NCBI GenBank assembly: GCA_946611195.1
Contig: CAMODB010000001.1
Span: 33,122 to 97,121 of the forward strand
Reading direction: 5' to 3'
Length of the DNA stretch: 64,000 nucleotides
Origin: an uncultured Bacillota bacterium
GTDB lineage: Bacteria; Bacillota_I; Bacilli_A; ML615J-28; CAG-313
Shown here: piece after piece, positions 54,601-62,987 of the stretch
How positions within the stretch are numbered: position 1 is the first letter of the stretch
Layout: each line of letters starts with the position of its first letter
The notes under the pieces: model-generated
What the model was told of the DNA's origin: nothing
Seen by the model: the letters and a program-made list of their open reading frames with translations, nothing else
Databases searched by the model: none
Position numbers and translations under genes: made by a program

Positions 54601-54856
54601 GGTACAATCTATTAAAACGATCGATATTAGTTATTTTAGTTTTATTATTATCATCTAAGTTATCATAATCACTCTTTATTTTAAGTAGCATCTCTTTATC
54701 AGCTATCGTTATTGGTTCATTTAAGGAATCAATATTCCTAACGATTTGTTCAATTACTTCTTTCTTTTCTTCCCCATCATTTTCTTTATCATTATTACAA
54801 CTAGCAATGGAAAAACTAAATACTAGAAGTAAAAGAATTATAAAGATTTTTTTCAT
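51620..54856 (-). CDS. 1078-aa modular lipoprotein: N-terminal helical repeats, Listeria-Bacteroides (Flg_new) repeat, C-terminal GH18 glycoside hydrolase domain
   Basis: Lipoprotein signal MKKIFIILLLLVFSFSIASC. At least five helical repeats of about 60-65 aa (consensus IxxIDxLPxxxxLxxxDxxxIxxLRxxYDxLxxxxQxKITNYxKL). The Flg_new motif is KAGYDFMGWYKE...LYAKW. The GH18 catalytic motif is FDGVDLDWEY (DxxDxDxE). Confidence 0.8.
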   Translation of the reverse strand: MKKIFIILLLLVFSFSIASCNNDKENDGEEKKEVIEQIVRNIDSLNEPITIADKEMLLKIKSDYDNLDDNNKTKITNIDRFNRLYQAYLDLVQEENIKTIINNLINDIDKLPNPITLADGDNITDLRNRYDELSNDNQKKISNYNKLTNAEYEYKIIKMIDDLIKKIDLLPDVNELKESDIDNILALDNEYQKLDITRQEKITNYPKLKELLNEVEIFKKGLEFVPLIKELKDSSVSYYDNKDKINDLKQQIDNYGYPKYIENYQDLLDMLEEIKTEENKLKAKPVIDYIDALPNVEDLVYDDRNKVAQARLRYNALNVNVRSYVTNLDKLISLENRIKELKTIQEYIELAEGIDNEINNLPTLDKLDVKDNEQLILVRSHYDNSKDEVKAYVTKLDVLVSLENKMVELINNHEYNVRFYLNGGSLEGASSVIEQDVTSFTINYYSTGFFTYYENEIFLYKTSLMGSSDSFLYAYKVGLSYNNVTKTYTVDGFVNNGTALTEEKRTSEYYLLVSEQNSNGMANLNSIKLGDNIYFNKQLPNGNQANVDIKVNVKRYDENADFAVIKYKGVNTLPIPIKAGYDFMGWYKESLYLNEVKEVSDETILYAKWLVNHSDITADTILNCVSDVVESDTLDMLILEDDDASYEWNSSNPNLYQINGNEGKTSKIYQTHKKQNVTISCKIKYKNGSTVTKQKNIIINPVKYAPFTDTPISTYFAVGAAYAYKKYNQRYLKDGTMFSETTKEVLEILNYSFAVPTANGSLTLSSPSYLEETKLLKEHDVRQVMVINGVGSDTSKYFYDITKDENLLKTFINNIMNMVEQYNFDGVDLDWEYVSSSYPVVASQVNALVKGLREEMDNRQDEGGSSYLLTAAIPSSSWGLSTSRWDFPTLNKYLDYINIMSYDLNNSSKATHVSALYSSANDGGYGFGGVYGINNITALGFDRNKLIIGCAGYGKAYNVTGTANNPNYPALGASASLTQVSGIDGSFASGTLYGNAIEEIVKRGGYIEYNERDSKGNFVASYLYNPTTKIFITYDSTLAVKEKYKYAKSMNGVGLMCWAYTEDTSDHYLDAIYQAKFN

Positions 54857-56139
54857 GAAACTTTCTCCTTTCTTTTTTTAATAATTAAATTAAGAATAAT
54901 TATTAATAAGACTATTAATATAACAATTAACGCAACTAAAAAGATATTTTGATTAGGTATAAATGATTGCGTTCCATCATCATTGGTGATTTGTTCGGCA
55001 TTAGATAAAACTAAGCTACCAATAAAAGGCCCGATTACCCCTGGAAGAAGTACTTGGAAAATTATTCTTAAACCTTGGAAAGAACCGGTTTTATCTTTTG
55101 GTGTATGGTCTCTAATTCTGGCGCCAAAATTAGACATTCCTGATAAATATCCCATCATCATTAAGAGGGAACCAATAAAGACGAAAACGGTATTTGTAAA
55201 AAGCGTTAAAATTAAAAAGCCTAATACTAAAATAGTTAAGGAAATAAGAATTGAAAAGGCAAAACCTTTTTTATCATATACTTTACCATAAAAGAAAGTA
55301 AAGATGGCAGCTAAGATTATTGCGGGGGCCATAATAAGTACATAATTATCGAGTTTTAAACTTACTTGATAATAGATGATTAGATATGGCATATAAATTT
55401 GAATAGCGATATTAAATAACATAAATAATAATAAATCTAAATATAATTGTTTATTTTCTTTAATAACGCTTAATTTAAAACCATAAAAGATATTTTTAAA
55501 ATAATTTTGGTTATTTGTTTTATCAATTACTGGATCTTTAATAATAAAGATACCAATAATACTAGTTATAATAACTAAAGCCCCAATAATGATATAGATT
55601 ATTTGCCATGATGATTCTTTATCAAGATTAAAGCCCATAAAACCACCAAAGACACAGAGAATTGCGAGTAGTGGCATCATGGAATTAATACCTTCTGCTT
55701 GACCACGATTACCAATTTCTGTTGAATCAGTAAGCCAAGCATTAAAAGAAGCATCATTAGCTGTGGAACCAAAGAAAGTCATTACACAATCCATTATAAT
55801 AACAAGGCTGATGCCTACGGCCATTACGGATGAAGATACAAAGATTTTTGAAATAAAACCTTTATTGATTAACGCAAAGGATAAAATACTGATTCCCCAA
55901 AAGAGATAACCAAATACCATAAAGACTTTTCTTTTACCAATTTTATCGGCTAAAGCACCCATAAAAATAGTTGTAAGGGCAGCCACAATGGCTGATAAAG
56001 CTACCATTAACGAAATATCAAAAGTTGATGCGTTAAAGATTTTATAGATAAAAACATTAAAATACATGTTTTCAACTACCCATGCTATCTGCCCAACCAG
56101 GCTAAATATAACTAAAGTTAACCAAAATTTCTTTTGCAT
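54853..56139 (-). CDS. MFS-type transporter (12 TM)
   Basis: 428 aa with 12 predicted TM segments. Its 3' end overlaps the GH18 gene start by 4 nt (ATGA), and it begins 6 nt after the helicase stop. Confidence 0.6.
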   Translation of the reverse strand: MQKKFWLTLVIFSLVGQIAWVVENMYFNVFIYKIFNASTFDISLMVALSAIVAALTTIFMGALADKIGKRKVFMVFGYLFWGISILSFALINKGFISKIFVSSSVMAVGISLVIIMDCVMTFFGSTANDASFNAWLTDSTEIGNRGQAEGINSMMPLLAILCVFGGFMGFNLDKESSWQIIYIIIGALVIITSIIGIFIIKDPVIDKTNNQNYFKNIFYGFKLSVIKENKQLYLDLLLFMLFNIAIQIYMPYLIIYYQVSLKLDNYVLIMAPAIILAAIFTFFYGKVYDKKGFAFSILISLTILVLGFLILTLFTNTVFVFIGSLLMMMGYLSGMSNFGARIRDHTPKDKTGSFQGLRIIFQVLLPGVIGPFIGSLVLSNAEQITNDDGTQSFIPNQNIFLVALIVILIVLLIIILNLIIKKRKEKVS

Positions 56140-56145
56140 AATTTC

Positions 56146-59100
56146 CTACTTAATACTTAGATAATCATCATTATCATTGATTTGATTTTTTTCTTTCATG
56201 TATTCTACAACTTCATTAAGACGGGTTTCAATATTTGATCCAACCCTTTGATAACCGAGTTGTTTAGCAATCGCAAGATATAAATTTTCTTTAGAAATTG
56301 AAACATTATTCTTAATTAAGATGTACATGCCACTAGCGATTTCCGCATTACTGATTAAAGAAATATCACGTTCTTCTTTTTCTTTTCGAGGAATACGCAT
56401 TTTAATTTCTTTATCTTTATCTGTAATATAATAATCTTCAACTTTAAAAATACGATCGGGATTTTTTCTTAAATAGATTCGTAGTAACTTCTTATATTCT
56501 TCATCAGCTACTCTTCTTCTAAATAATTCTAAACATTTTTTCGCAATTAAATCGAAAGTGATTGGTCCTTCTTTATCAATTAAATTGAATAATTCATTCA
56601 TGACAAGTCCATTTGGATCAACCTTATAAGGGACATATTTATCAAAAACAATTTCTTGTAAATCTTCAAAATCGGTAAATAAATTATGAACTTCTTTCTT
56701 ATCAACATTGATAAATTCATCTTTATCGATTTCTTGATTTGTATCTTTAAGACCTTTACCACTCGCTATTTTCGCAATAAATTGTAATAATTTCTTCTTT
56801 TCAATCTCTTTATTTTTAAACCAATCGATACTCCAAATTCTATAATATGACCAACCATAATTCTTTAAGACTTGTTCTCTTAAACGATTTCTTTCACTAG
56901 TAGTTTTACTATTATAATAATTAGGTCCATCTAATTCGATAGCGAGAAGATATTCATCTTTATCTTTAACTGCTAAATCAATCTTAAAATTAGATCTACC
57001 AATATTAGTATCAACGGTATATCCTTTTTCAACAAGAACATTCTTAATGTCAGCAATTAAATAATCATATTCTTTTTCAACACTTGTTTCTTTATTGTCA
57101 ATTACATAATCATTTTCTAAATAAGCTAAATAATTGCGGAGTGATTTTGCGCCATGCATAACTTCACTAGAAATCATCGAACTCTTCATCGATGTAACAA
57201 TAATATTTTGACATTTAGCTCTTGTTACCGCAACATTTAATCTTCTTTCGCCACCTTCTTTATTAAGAGGTCCGAAATTATTTAAGAAACGACCATTAGT
57301 ATCTCTACCATAGGCAAGAGAGAAAATAATTACATCGCGTTCATCACCTTGTACAGTTTCTAAGTTTTTAATAAAGAAATTAGCTTTATCAAGTAATTCA
57401 TTCTTCTTATTAAGATTTAATTTATTAATCTTTTCTTCAATTAAATCAGCTTGACTAATCGAAAAAGCAACAACTCCAAGTGTCCGATCTGGATATTTTT
57501 TAATTGTTTCAAAGACTAATTCGACAACTTTATCAGCTTCAATTTCATTGATTCTTCTCTTACGATCAAAGATACCATTTTCCATATAAATTAGTTTATT
57601 ACCAAAACCTTCTTTATGAGGATTATTTTCTGGGAAAGTGATTAATCGATTATTATAGAATTCTTTATTGGAAAATTCAATTAAGCTTTCAGCTCGACTA
57701 CGATAATGCCAATTTAAATAGCATGAATTAAAACTGGCATTTGCAATATCAAGAATTGATTCAAATCCACCTGTTAAATCGGTACCATCTTCATCATATT
57801 CATCATCTTCATAAGTAGATATAAAGAAATCTGTTGGTGGCATTTGTTTACTATCTCCAACAATGATAACTTGTTTTGATCGGTAAATAGAACCAATCGC
57901 ATCTTCAGGGAAAACTTGCGAAGCTTCATCAAAGATAACTAAATCAAAATTAGAATTATCACTTGTAAGATAAGTACTAACACTTAATGGTGACATCAAG
58001 AAACATGGTTTAATTTCTTGAATTACTTTGAAATCATCTCTTAATAAAAGACGTAAAGGTTTAATCTTCGTCTTCTTTGACATTTCCTTAATGATGTCAC
58101 TCAATTGACTACCACGAACTGCGGTTTGCGTTTGCGGTAGATTGTTTGATAGATAAGATGTTACTAACGCAATAGACGCATTAATTTTTAAAGTATCATC
58201 TTTCTTAAATTCTTTTACTTCTTCATCTAAATTAATACGACTGACATCTTTTAAAACTTTATTATTATTTAAAACATGAGTTGTCCATTGTAAATAGAAT
58301 AAATAAGCAAAATTAAGGGTAAAATCAACTTTATCAATATTATAATTAATACCTCTATTTATATAATCTACTAAATCATAAACAATTAATTCATCATATA
58401 ATTTATTAAAATTAACATAGTTTTCTACTAAATCAAAATCCGCAATACATTTTTCTAGGCGATCAAATAGACTTCCTAATTCCATATGTGCAATATCAAA
58501 TTGTTTTTCATCAAAGACTTTAATTAAATAATCTTTAGAATCTCTTTCTTTTTTCGTATCATTATAGAAATTAATAAATTCGATACAGCGATTACGAATT
58601 TCCGTTAAATTATCATTATTTTTTGACGCAAGATATTGATAATTAGTTGGGAATGCTTCATATAAATTACTAAGTTCTGTTTCTAATTTCTTATAATTGA
58701 AATTAGCTTTTAATTCTATTTCTATTTCTTCGGCAATTTTTTGTTTTAATTTATCTAATTCAATTTGTAAATTTTGTTTCTTTTTACCATCATTAAGTAG
58801 ATTTACTAAAGAAGCATAATCAATTTTTTGTTTAGGATTCTTTTGATAAGACATCAATTGTTTCTTTCTTAAACGATAATTCTTTTTTAAGAAACGAAGT
58901 TTAGTAGCATAATGTTCACTAAATTCTTTTGTTAACGCATTGAAATCATTCTCATAAATCTCCAGACGATAAACATCACCAATTCTCTTATAAGCCTCAT
59001 CATAAGCTTCTTTCGCATTATTATAATTTCTAATTAAACTAATGATATCTTTTAAATGTTCTTTATTAAACAGATTCTTAGAGATAACACTTAAATTAAC

Positions 59101-60717
59101 AAAGGCTTTAATAAAATTAAGATAGCGTTCAATTTTTGTAAAATCTAAGATCTTTAATTTTAAATCTTCATTTAATAATTCAATATAGATATTTAATTTA
59201 TCAATATAAGTATAAAGCGTCTTAATATTATCTAATAAATTAGTTTTTTCTTCATATGATAAAGATTTTAGTTTTAAACCATACCAGGTATTAAGACGAT
59301 AATCATAACCAATACTATCTTGATAAGAAACAAATTTTTCGATTGCTTTAAAAGCTCTAGTGAAATAATTTTGATCTTTACTTGTAATATTACGAATCAC
59401 ATAATTAATTCTATTATGATCTTCATATTGTTTGATTTTATTGATTAATTCATAGACTGTATAATTAATTGGTTGAATTTTCTTATTTAAATTATCGGCA
59501 TACGCATCAAGATAATCTTTATGAATTTTAATTTCTTCAAGTACTTTATAGGCTTTTTGATTAACACTTTCTTTAGGAGCTTCTAAAACTTCTTTTAATT
59601 CATTTAAAACAGCTTTCTTATTTGATTTATTAGAATGTAGTTCTAAACAATATTTAGCTAAGCCTACTTTACTTAAATTATTATATACGACTTTTAAAGC
59701 CGCTAATTTTTCGGATACGAAAAGAATCTTTTTACCTAATAATAAGTTTTCCGCAATAATATTGGTAATTGTTTGCGATTTACCAGTTCCCGGAGGACCT
59801 TGAATAACTAAATTTTCACCACTAGTACTTTTTAAGATAGCTTCCATTTGACTGCTATCGGCATCAACTACATTATGGATTTTAAGTTCTGTTTCGTTAT
59901 TGATAACGATATTATTAACATCATTTTCATCAACAACTCGACCTAAGAGTTTTTTAACTAAAGGACTATTTTGAACTTCTTCTTCATGTTTCATTAAATC
60001 TTCATACATATTAATTTTAAGGAAGGAGAAAGTTCCTAGACAAGCTGAATAATCAACACTAAATTTAGATTTACTTAAAGCTAATTCTACTCTTTTAAAA
60101 TAAGCCATAACGCTTTCTTCTAAAATTGTAAAATCAGTAGATGATGTGTCTTTAAAGATTGGTAAATCAAAATTATATTCATTCTTTAATTTATAAATTA
60201 GGGTTGGATTAGTTTCTGCATCATCATCAAGTTCTTCAAGGCTATATTTATTTTTAATTAAATCTATTTTTACAGGAATTAATAAAAGAGGAGATTTTAA
60301 TTCTTCATTCTTCTTTTTATCTTTCCAATTTAAAAAGCCTAACGCAACATATAAAACATTAATACCTTGATCATCATAGATTTTTTTTGTTACTTTACGG
60401 ATATTATTTAATAAGTTATTTACCGTATAACGTTCATTATAAATCAAAATTTGATTTTTCTTTAAATCATCTTGGTAATAATCAAAAACTTCTTTTTTTG
60501 TTAAAACATCTTTTTTTAGTTCATTACGTAAATCATTTAAAGATTTATCAATATCCATTATTTGTAAAACTTGTTTATCACTTAATTTATGATAAACATC
60601 TTCACAACTAGGTAAAATGATTTCTCCCGAACGCATAGTATAAGAAAAATTAATTAATTTATTTCTCTTACCGGTATCTAATAATTTAGTGCATAATGCT
60701 TTATAAGACTTGTCCAT
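56146..60717 (-). CDS. DUF4011 / SF1B (Upf1-like, AAA_11+AAA_12) helicase fused to C-terminal PD-(D/E)xK (DUF559/MTES_1575-like) nuclease and DUF3320-like tail
   Basis: Walker A LVIQGPPGTGKSQTI; DEASQ; GDSKQMPPTDFF; YRSRAESLIEFSNKEFY; VQGDERDVIIFS; RRLNVAVTRAK. The C-terminus has FKIDLAVKDKDEYLLAIELDGPNYY...WSYYRIWSIDWF (REase fold). The N-terminal 260 aa or so match the DUF4011 pattern. 1523 aa. Confidence 0.8.
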   Translation of the reverse strand: MDKSYKALCTKLLDTGKRNKLINFSYTMRSGEIILPSCEDVYHKLSDKQVLQIMDIDKSLNDLRNELKKDVLTKKEVFDYYQDDLKKNQILIYNERYTVNNLLNNIRKVTKKIYDDQGINVLYVALGFLNWKDKKKNEELKSPLLLIPVKIDLIKNKYSLEELDDDAETNPTLIYKLKNEYNFDLPIFKDTSSTDFTILEESVMAYFKRVELALSKSKFSVDYSACLGTFSFLKINMYEDLMKHEEEVQNSPLVKKLLGRVVDENDVNNIVINNETELKIHNVVDADSSQMEAILKSTSGENLVIQGPPGTGKSQTITNIIAENLLLGKKILFVSEKLAALKVVYNNLSKVGLAKYCLELHSNKSNKKAVLNELKEVLEAPKESVNQKAYKVLEEIKIHKDYLDAYADNLNKKIQPINYTVYELINKIKQYEDHNRINYVIRNITSKDQNYFTRAFKAIEKFVSYQDSIGYDYRLNTWYGLKLKSLSYEEKTNLLDNIKTLYTYIDKLNIYIELLNEDLKLKILDFTKIERYLNFIKAFVNLSVISKNLFNKEHLKDIISLIRNYNNAKEAYDEAYKRIGDVYRLEIYENDFNALTKEFSEHYATKLRFLKKNYRLRKKQLMSYQKNPKQKIDYASLVNLLNDGKKKQNLQIELDKLKQKIAEEIEIELKANFNYKKLETELSNLYEAFPTNYQYLASKNNDNLTEIRNRCIEFINFYNDTKKERDSKDYLIKVFDEKQFDIAHMELGSLFDRLEKCIADFDLVENYVNFNKLYDELIVYDLVDYINRGINYNIDKVDFTLNFAYLFYLQWTTHVLNNNKVLKDVSRINLDEEVKEFKKDDTLKINASIALVTSYLSNNLPQTQTAVRGSQLSDIIKEMSKKTKIKPLRLLLRDDFKVIQEIKPCFLMSPLSVSTYLTSDNSNFDLVIFDEASQVFPEDAIGSIYRSKQVIIVGDSKQMPPTDFFISTYEDDEYDEDGTDLTGGFESILDIANASFNSCYLNWHYRSRAESLIEFSNKEFYNNRLITFPENNPHKEGFGNKLIYMENGIFDRKRRINEIEADKVVELVFETIKKYPDRTLGVVAFSISQADLIEEKINKLNLNKKNELLDKANFFIKNLETVQGDERDVIIFSLAYGRDTNGRFLNNFGPLNKEGGERRLNVAVTRAKCQNIIVTSMKSSMISSEVMHGAKSLRNYLAYLENDYVIDNKETSVEKEYDYLIADIKNVLVEKGYTVDTNIGRSNFKIDLAVKDKDEYLLAIELDGPNYYNSKTTSERNRLREQVLKNYGWSYYRIWSIDWFKNKEIEKKKLLQFIAKIASGKGLKDTNQEIDKDEFINVDKKEVHNLFTDFEDLQEIVFDKYVPYKVDPNGLVMNELFNLIDKEGPITFDLIAKKCLELFRRRVADEEYKKLLRIYLRKNPDRIFKVEDYYITDKDKEIKMRIPRKEKEERDISLISNAEIASGMYILIKNNVSISKENLYLAIAKQLGYQRVGSNIETRLNEVVEYMKEKNQINDNDDYLSIK

Positions 60718-60740
60718 AATTTATAAATCCTCTTTTTCTT

Positions 60741-60749
60741 ATTATATCA
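60741..60749 (-). promoter_or_regulatory. helicase gene promoter, extended -10 (TGaTATAAT)
   Basis: The minus strand reads ATGATATAATAAGAAAAAGAGGATTTATAA-ATG. The -10 TATAAT is the RC of 60741-60746, with TG at -14/-15. The RBS AAGAGGA lies 8 nt before ATG 60717. Confidence 0.6.
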
Positions 60750-60805
60750 TTTTTAAGGAGTTACTAATAAAAAAAAGCATTAAAGGAAAGCAAATAAAAA
60801 AAGTA

Positions 60806-60830
60806 ATATATTTTTTATATATTACTCTTA
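60806..60830 (-). terminator. rho-independent terminator separating merR from the helicase gene
   Basis: On the minus strand AGTAATATAT-aaaaa-ATATATTACT (10-bp stem) is followed by TTTTTTTATTT. Confidence 0.6.
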
Positions 60831-60975
60831 ATTTGTTAAATAGATTACTTGCCTGTAAAAAATATATTTGTAAGTAAGGGAGTTTTAAATAGACAAGTAA
60901 TCCACTAGACATTAGGTTTCCCTATTGTCTACTGAATTATTAAGAAAAGAAATGATTCTTCGTTTTTTTTAATTT

Positions 60976-61287
60976 TTATAATAAATCAATCTTTTTAATT
61001 GTTTGATTTATTATGTCTACTTTCTTAATTAAATCAGATTTAATTTTCGAAAGTATTTGTTCTTTTTCATCTTTATTAGTTTCTTTTTTAAAGATGATTT
61101 TTAAATCTTCAATGGTAACATCTGATGAACGAAGGAAAATAATTAATTCTAATCTTTCAATATCTTCTTCATTGAAGGTTCTTATACCATTGATACGGTT
61201 AATAGGGCCAATAAGCCCTTCTTTTTCGTAATAACGAAGGGTTGATTCATTAACCCCGTATTTGTTTGCGACTCCCTTAATTTTCAC
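60976..61287 (-). CDS. MerR-family transcriptional regulator (103 aa, minimal MerR)
   Basis: N-terminal HTH KIKGVANKYGVNESTLRYYEKEGLIGP followed by a short coiled-coil. Confidence 0.8.
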   Translation of the reverse strand: MKIKGVANKYGVNESTLRYYEKEGLIGPINRINGIRTFNEEDIERLELIIFLRSSDVTIEDLKIIFKKETNKDEKEQILSKIKSDLIKKVDIINQTIKKIDLL

Positions 61288-61306
61288 TCAATTACCTCTT
61301 TTTTAT

Positions 61307-61335
61307 ATTATATCTTAAAGTTAACTTTAAGTCAA
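61307..61335 (-). promoter_or_regulatory. merR promoter (TTGACT - 17 nt - TATAAT) with embedded perfect 18-bp palindrome CTTAAAGTTAACTTTAAG
   Basis: On the minus strand -35 is the RC of 61330-61335 and -10 the RC of 61307-61312. The palindrome at 61314-61331 spans from inside the -35 into the spacer. Confidence 0.7.
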
Positions 61336-61346
61336 GAATTTTACTA

Positions 61347-62006
61347 TTAATAAATATCTGACCAATTAGGATCTTTTATTTTAATTCTAGCACTTAAATT
61401 ATCGCTAGATACTTCTAAAGATTCTTTAGCCATTTCATCATTAATAATAACTTTAGCTAAGGAAAAAAGTTTATAACCATTCTTTACTTCAAAGTCAACA
61501 TAAATATAGTTATAATCTTTAGAATTACTTGCTTTCACACTAAAGCGCTCATCATTTGTTGCGGCAAAAGGTGTTTTAGTATCCAAAGATATAACCATTT
61601 CTGTTATGTAATTATCTCTATCTAAGATTTTTTTACTAAAATCATTAATTTCTTTTACATAATCGATTAAATTGATTTTAACTACTTTATCATAACTCGT
61701 AGTTGTATCTAAATAATAATTACGTAAATAAAATTCATTTTGGGTAATTTTATCTAAAGATAATTCATAAAAAGTTTTTTCTTGATCTAATTTTAAATCA
61801 AAGTCATCAAGGTTTAATTCACTTGATGTAAAAGAAATAATGACTCCCTTACTTACACTACTATTTTTAAAAACAGGATAAATTTCAATTACTTCTTTTT
61901 CCGAATTAATTTTAACATCAAAATTAATATTCTTGTCATCAACTGTTTTGCAACTAAATGTAAGACAAACGAATACTAATAAAAAGATAAAACTAATTTT
62001 TTTCAT
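61347..62006 (-). CDS. hypothetical lipoprotein (219 aa)
   Basis: MKKISFIFLLVFVCLTFSC signal with lipobox LTFSC. No recognizable domain. Confidence 0.6.
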   Translation of the reverse strand: MKKISFIFLLVFVCLTFSCKTVDDKNINFDVKINSEKEVIEIYPVFKNSSVSKGVIISFTSSELNLDDFDLKLDQEKTFYELSLDKITQNEFYLRNYYLDTTTSYDKVVKINLIDYVKEINDFSKKILDRDNYITEMVISLDTKTPFAATNDERFSVKASNSKDYNYIYVDFEVKNGYKLFSLAKVIINDEMAKESLEVSSDNLSARIKIKDPNWSDIY

Positions 62007-62076
62007 TTCTTTCCTCTTTTCTTTTTGATGAAAATATAGTATAATAAACTTATCAAAGATAAAGGATTTTTATACT

Positions 62077-62778
62077 ATGTTTATCATAAGACTAGCTGAT
62101 TTAAATATTAAGATTAATTCATCTAACCCTTACTTAATTCATCTATGTAAAGATTATATCATAGATTCCACAAATTTTCAAATAGAGATATCTATAACGC
62201 AAGCTGATTTAGATTTTGAGAAGCAATACACAACCGAAATAGATAATTATAACTATTTAGAAAGTGTTGCAACCTTAAGAAAAATCACTGATGAAATAGC
62301 TAATTTTGATGGTTTCTTATTCCATTCCTGTATTCTTAAAGTTGATGATTATGCCTATGGTTTTTCAGCACCATCTGGGACTGGTAAAACTACCCATTCA
62401 AGATTATGGAAACAATATCTAAAAAATAAATGTGTCTATATCAATGGTGATAAACCTTTGATTAGAATCATTAATAATATACCTATTGCGTATGGAACGC
62501 CTTGGAATGGTAAAGAAGGTTATGGAACTAATACGAAAGCCCCTTTAAAAGCTTTAGCTTTTATTGTTCGTGACACGACTAATTATCTAATTGAATTACC
62601 AAAATCGGCTATCGCAAAACCAATTCTTAAACAAATTGTTTTACCAACTGATTTAAATAAATTAGATAAAGTAATTAAAAATGTTAATAAAATGTTAGAT
62701 TATACATCTTTTTATGAACTCCATTGTAATATGGATATTGAAGCCGCCAAAATAGCTTATGAGAAAATGCAAGAATAA
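62077..62778 (+). CDS. P-loop protein resembling the HPr kinase/phosphorylase C-terminal (kinase) domain
   Basis: GFSAPSGTGKTTHS P-loop in a context like HprK-C (GxSGxGKS/T followed by a Trp/Gly-rich block GTPWNGKEGYG); 233 aa; no HprK N-domain. Confidence 0.4.
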   Translation: MFIIRLADLNIKINSSNPYLIHLCKDYIIDSTNFQIEISITQADLDFEKQYTTEIDNYNYLESVATLRKITDEIANFDGFLFHSCILKVDDYAYGFSAPSGTGKTTHSRLWKQYLKNKCVYINGDKPLIRIINNIPIAYGTPWNGKEGYGTNTKAPLKALAFIVRDTTNYLIELPKSAIAKPILKQIVLPTDLNKLDKVIKNVNKMLDYTSFYELHCNMDIEAAKIAYEKMQE

Positions 62779-62819
62779 ATAAAAAAATAATAAATAAAAC
62801 ATGGATATTTTGAAATGAT

Positions 62820-62866
62820 AAAATGTCAGTAGACATAAAAAAAGTCTACTGACATTTTATTTTTCT
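62820..62866 (+). terminator. terminator after the HprK-like gene
   Basis: AAAATGTCAGTAGAC-ataaaaaaa-GTCTACTGACATTTT (15-bp stem) followed by ATTTTTCTTATTTTT. Confidence 0.8.
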
Positions 62867-62892
62867 TATTTTTAAAAAATATAATTGTTTAA

Positions 62893-62921
62893 TTGTTTTT
62901 TTAAAATAAATGTGGTATAAT
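62893..62921 (+). promoter_or_regulatory. promoter of AAA+ ATPase gene (TTGTTT - 17 nt - TGgTATAAT)
   Basis: -35 at 62893-62898; extended -10 TGGTATAAT at 62913-62921. Confidence 0.6.
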
Positions 62922-62934
62922 AAAATCGTAAAAA

Positions 62935-62972
62935 CCGAAATGCCATTTCGGAAAATCCGAAATGCAATTTCG
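62935..62972 (+). promoter_or_regulatory. two tandem palindromes in the leader: CCGAAATG-c-CATTTCGG and CGAAAT-gca-ATTTCG (candidate operator or alternative RNA hairpins)
   Basis: The first is at 62935-62951 and the second at 62957-62972. The arms alternate A-A'-A-A', so the pairings 1:2, 2:3 and 3:4 are mutually exclusive. They sit between the predicted +1 and the RBS AAAGGAG. Confidence 0.55.
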
Positions 62973-62987
62973 AAAAAGGAGTAAATT

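Noticed and set aside
60831-60975. Possible sRNA in the 145-bp merR-to-terminator spacer, with a GTCTACTGA motif shared with the 62844 terminator arm
   Set aside because: No promoter-terminator pair defines a discrete transcript on either strand. The shared 9-mer may be coincidental.
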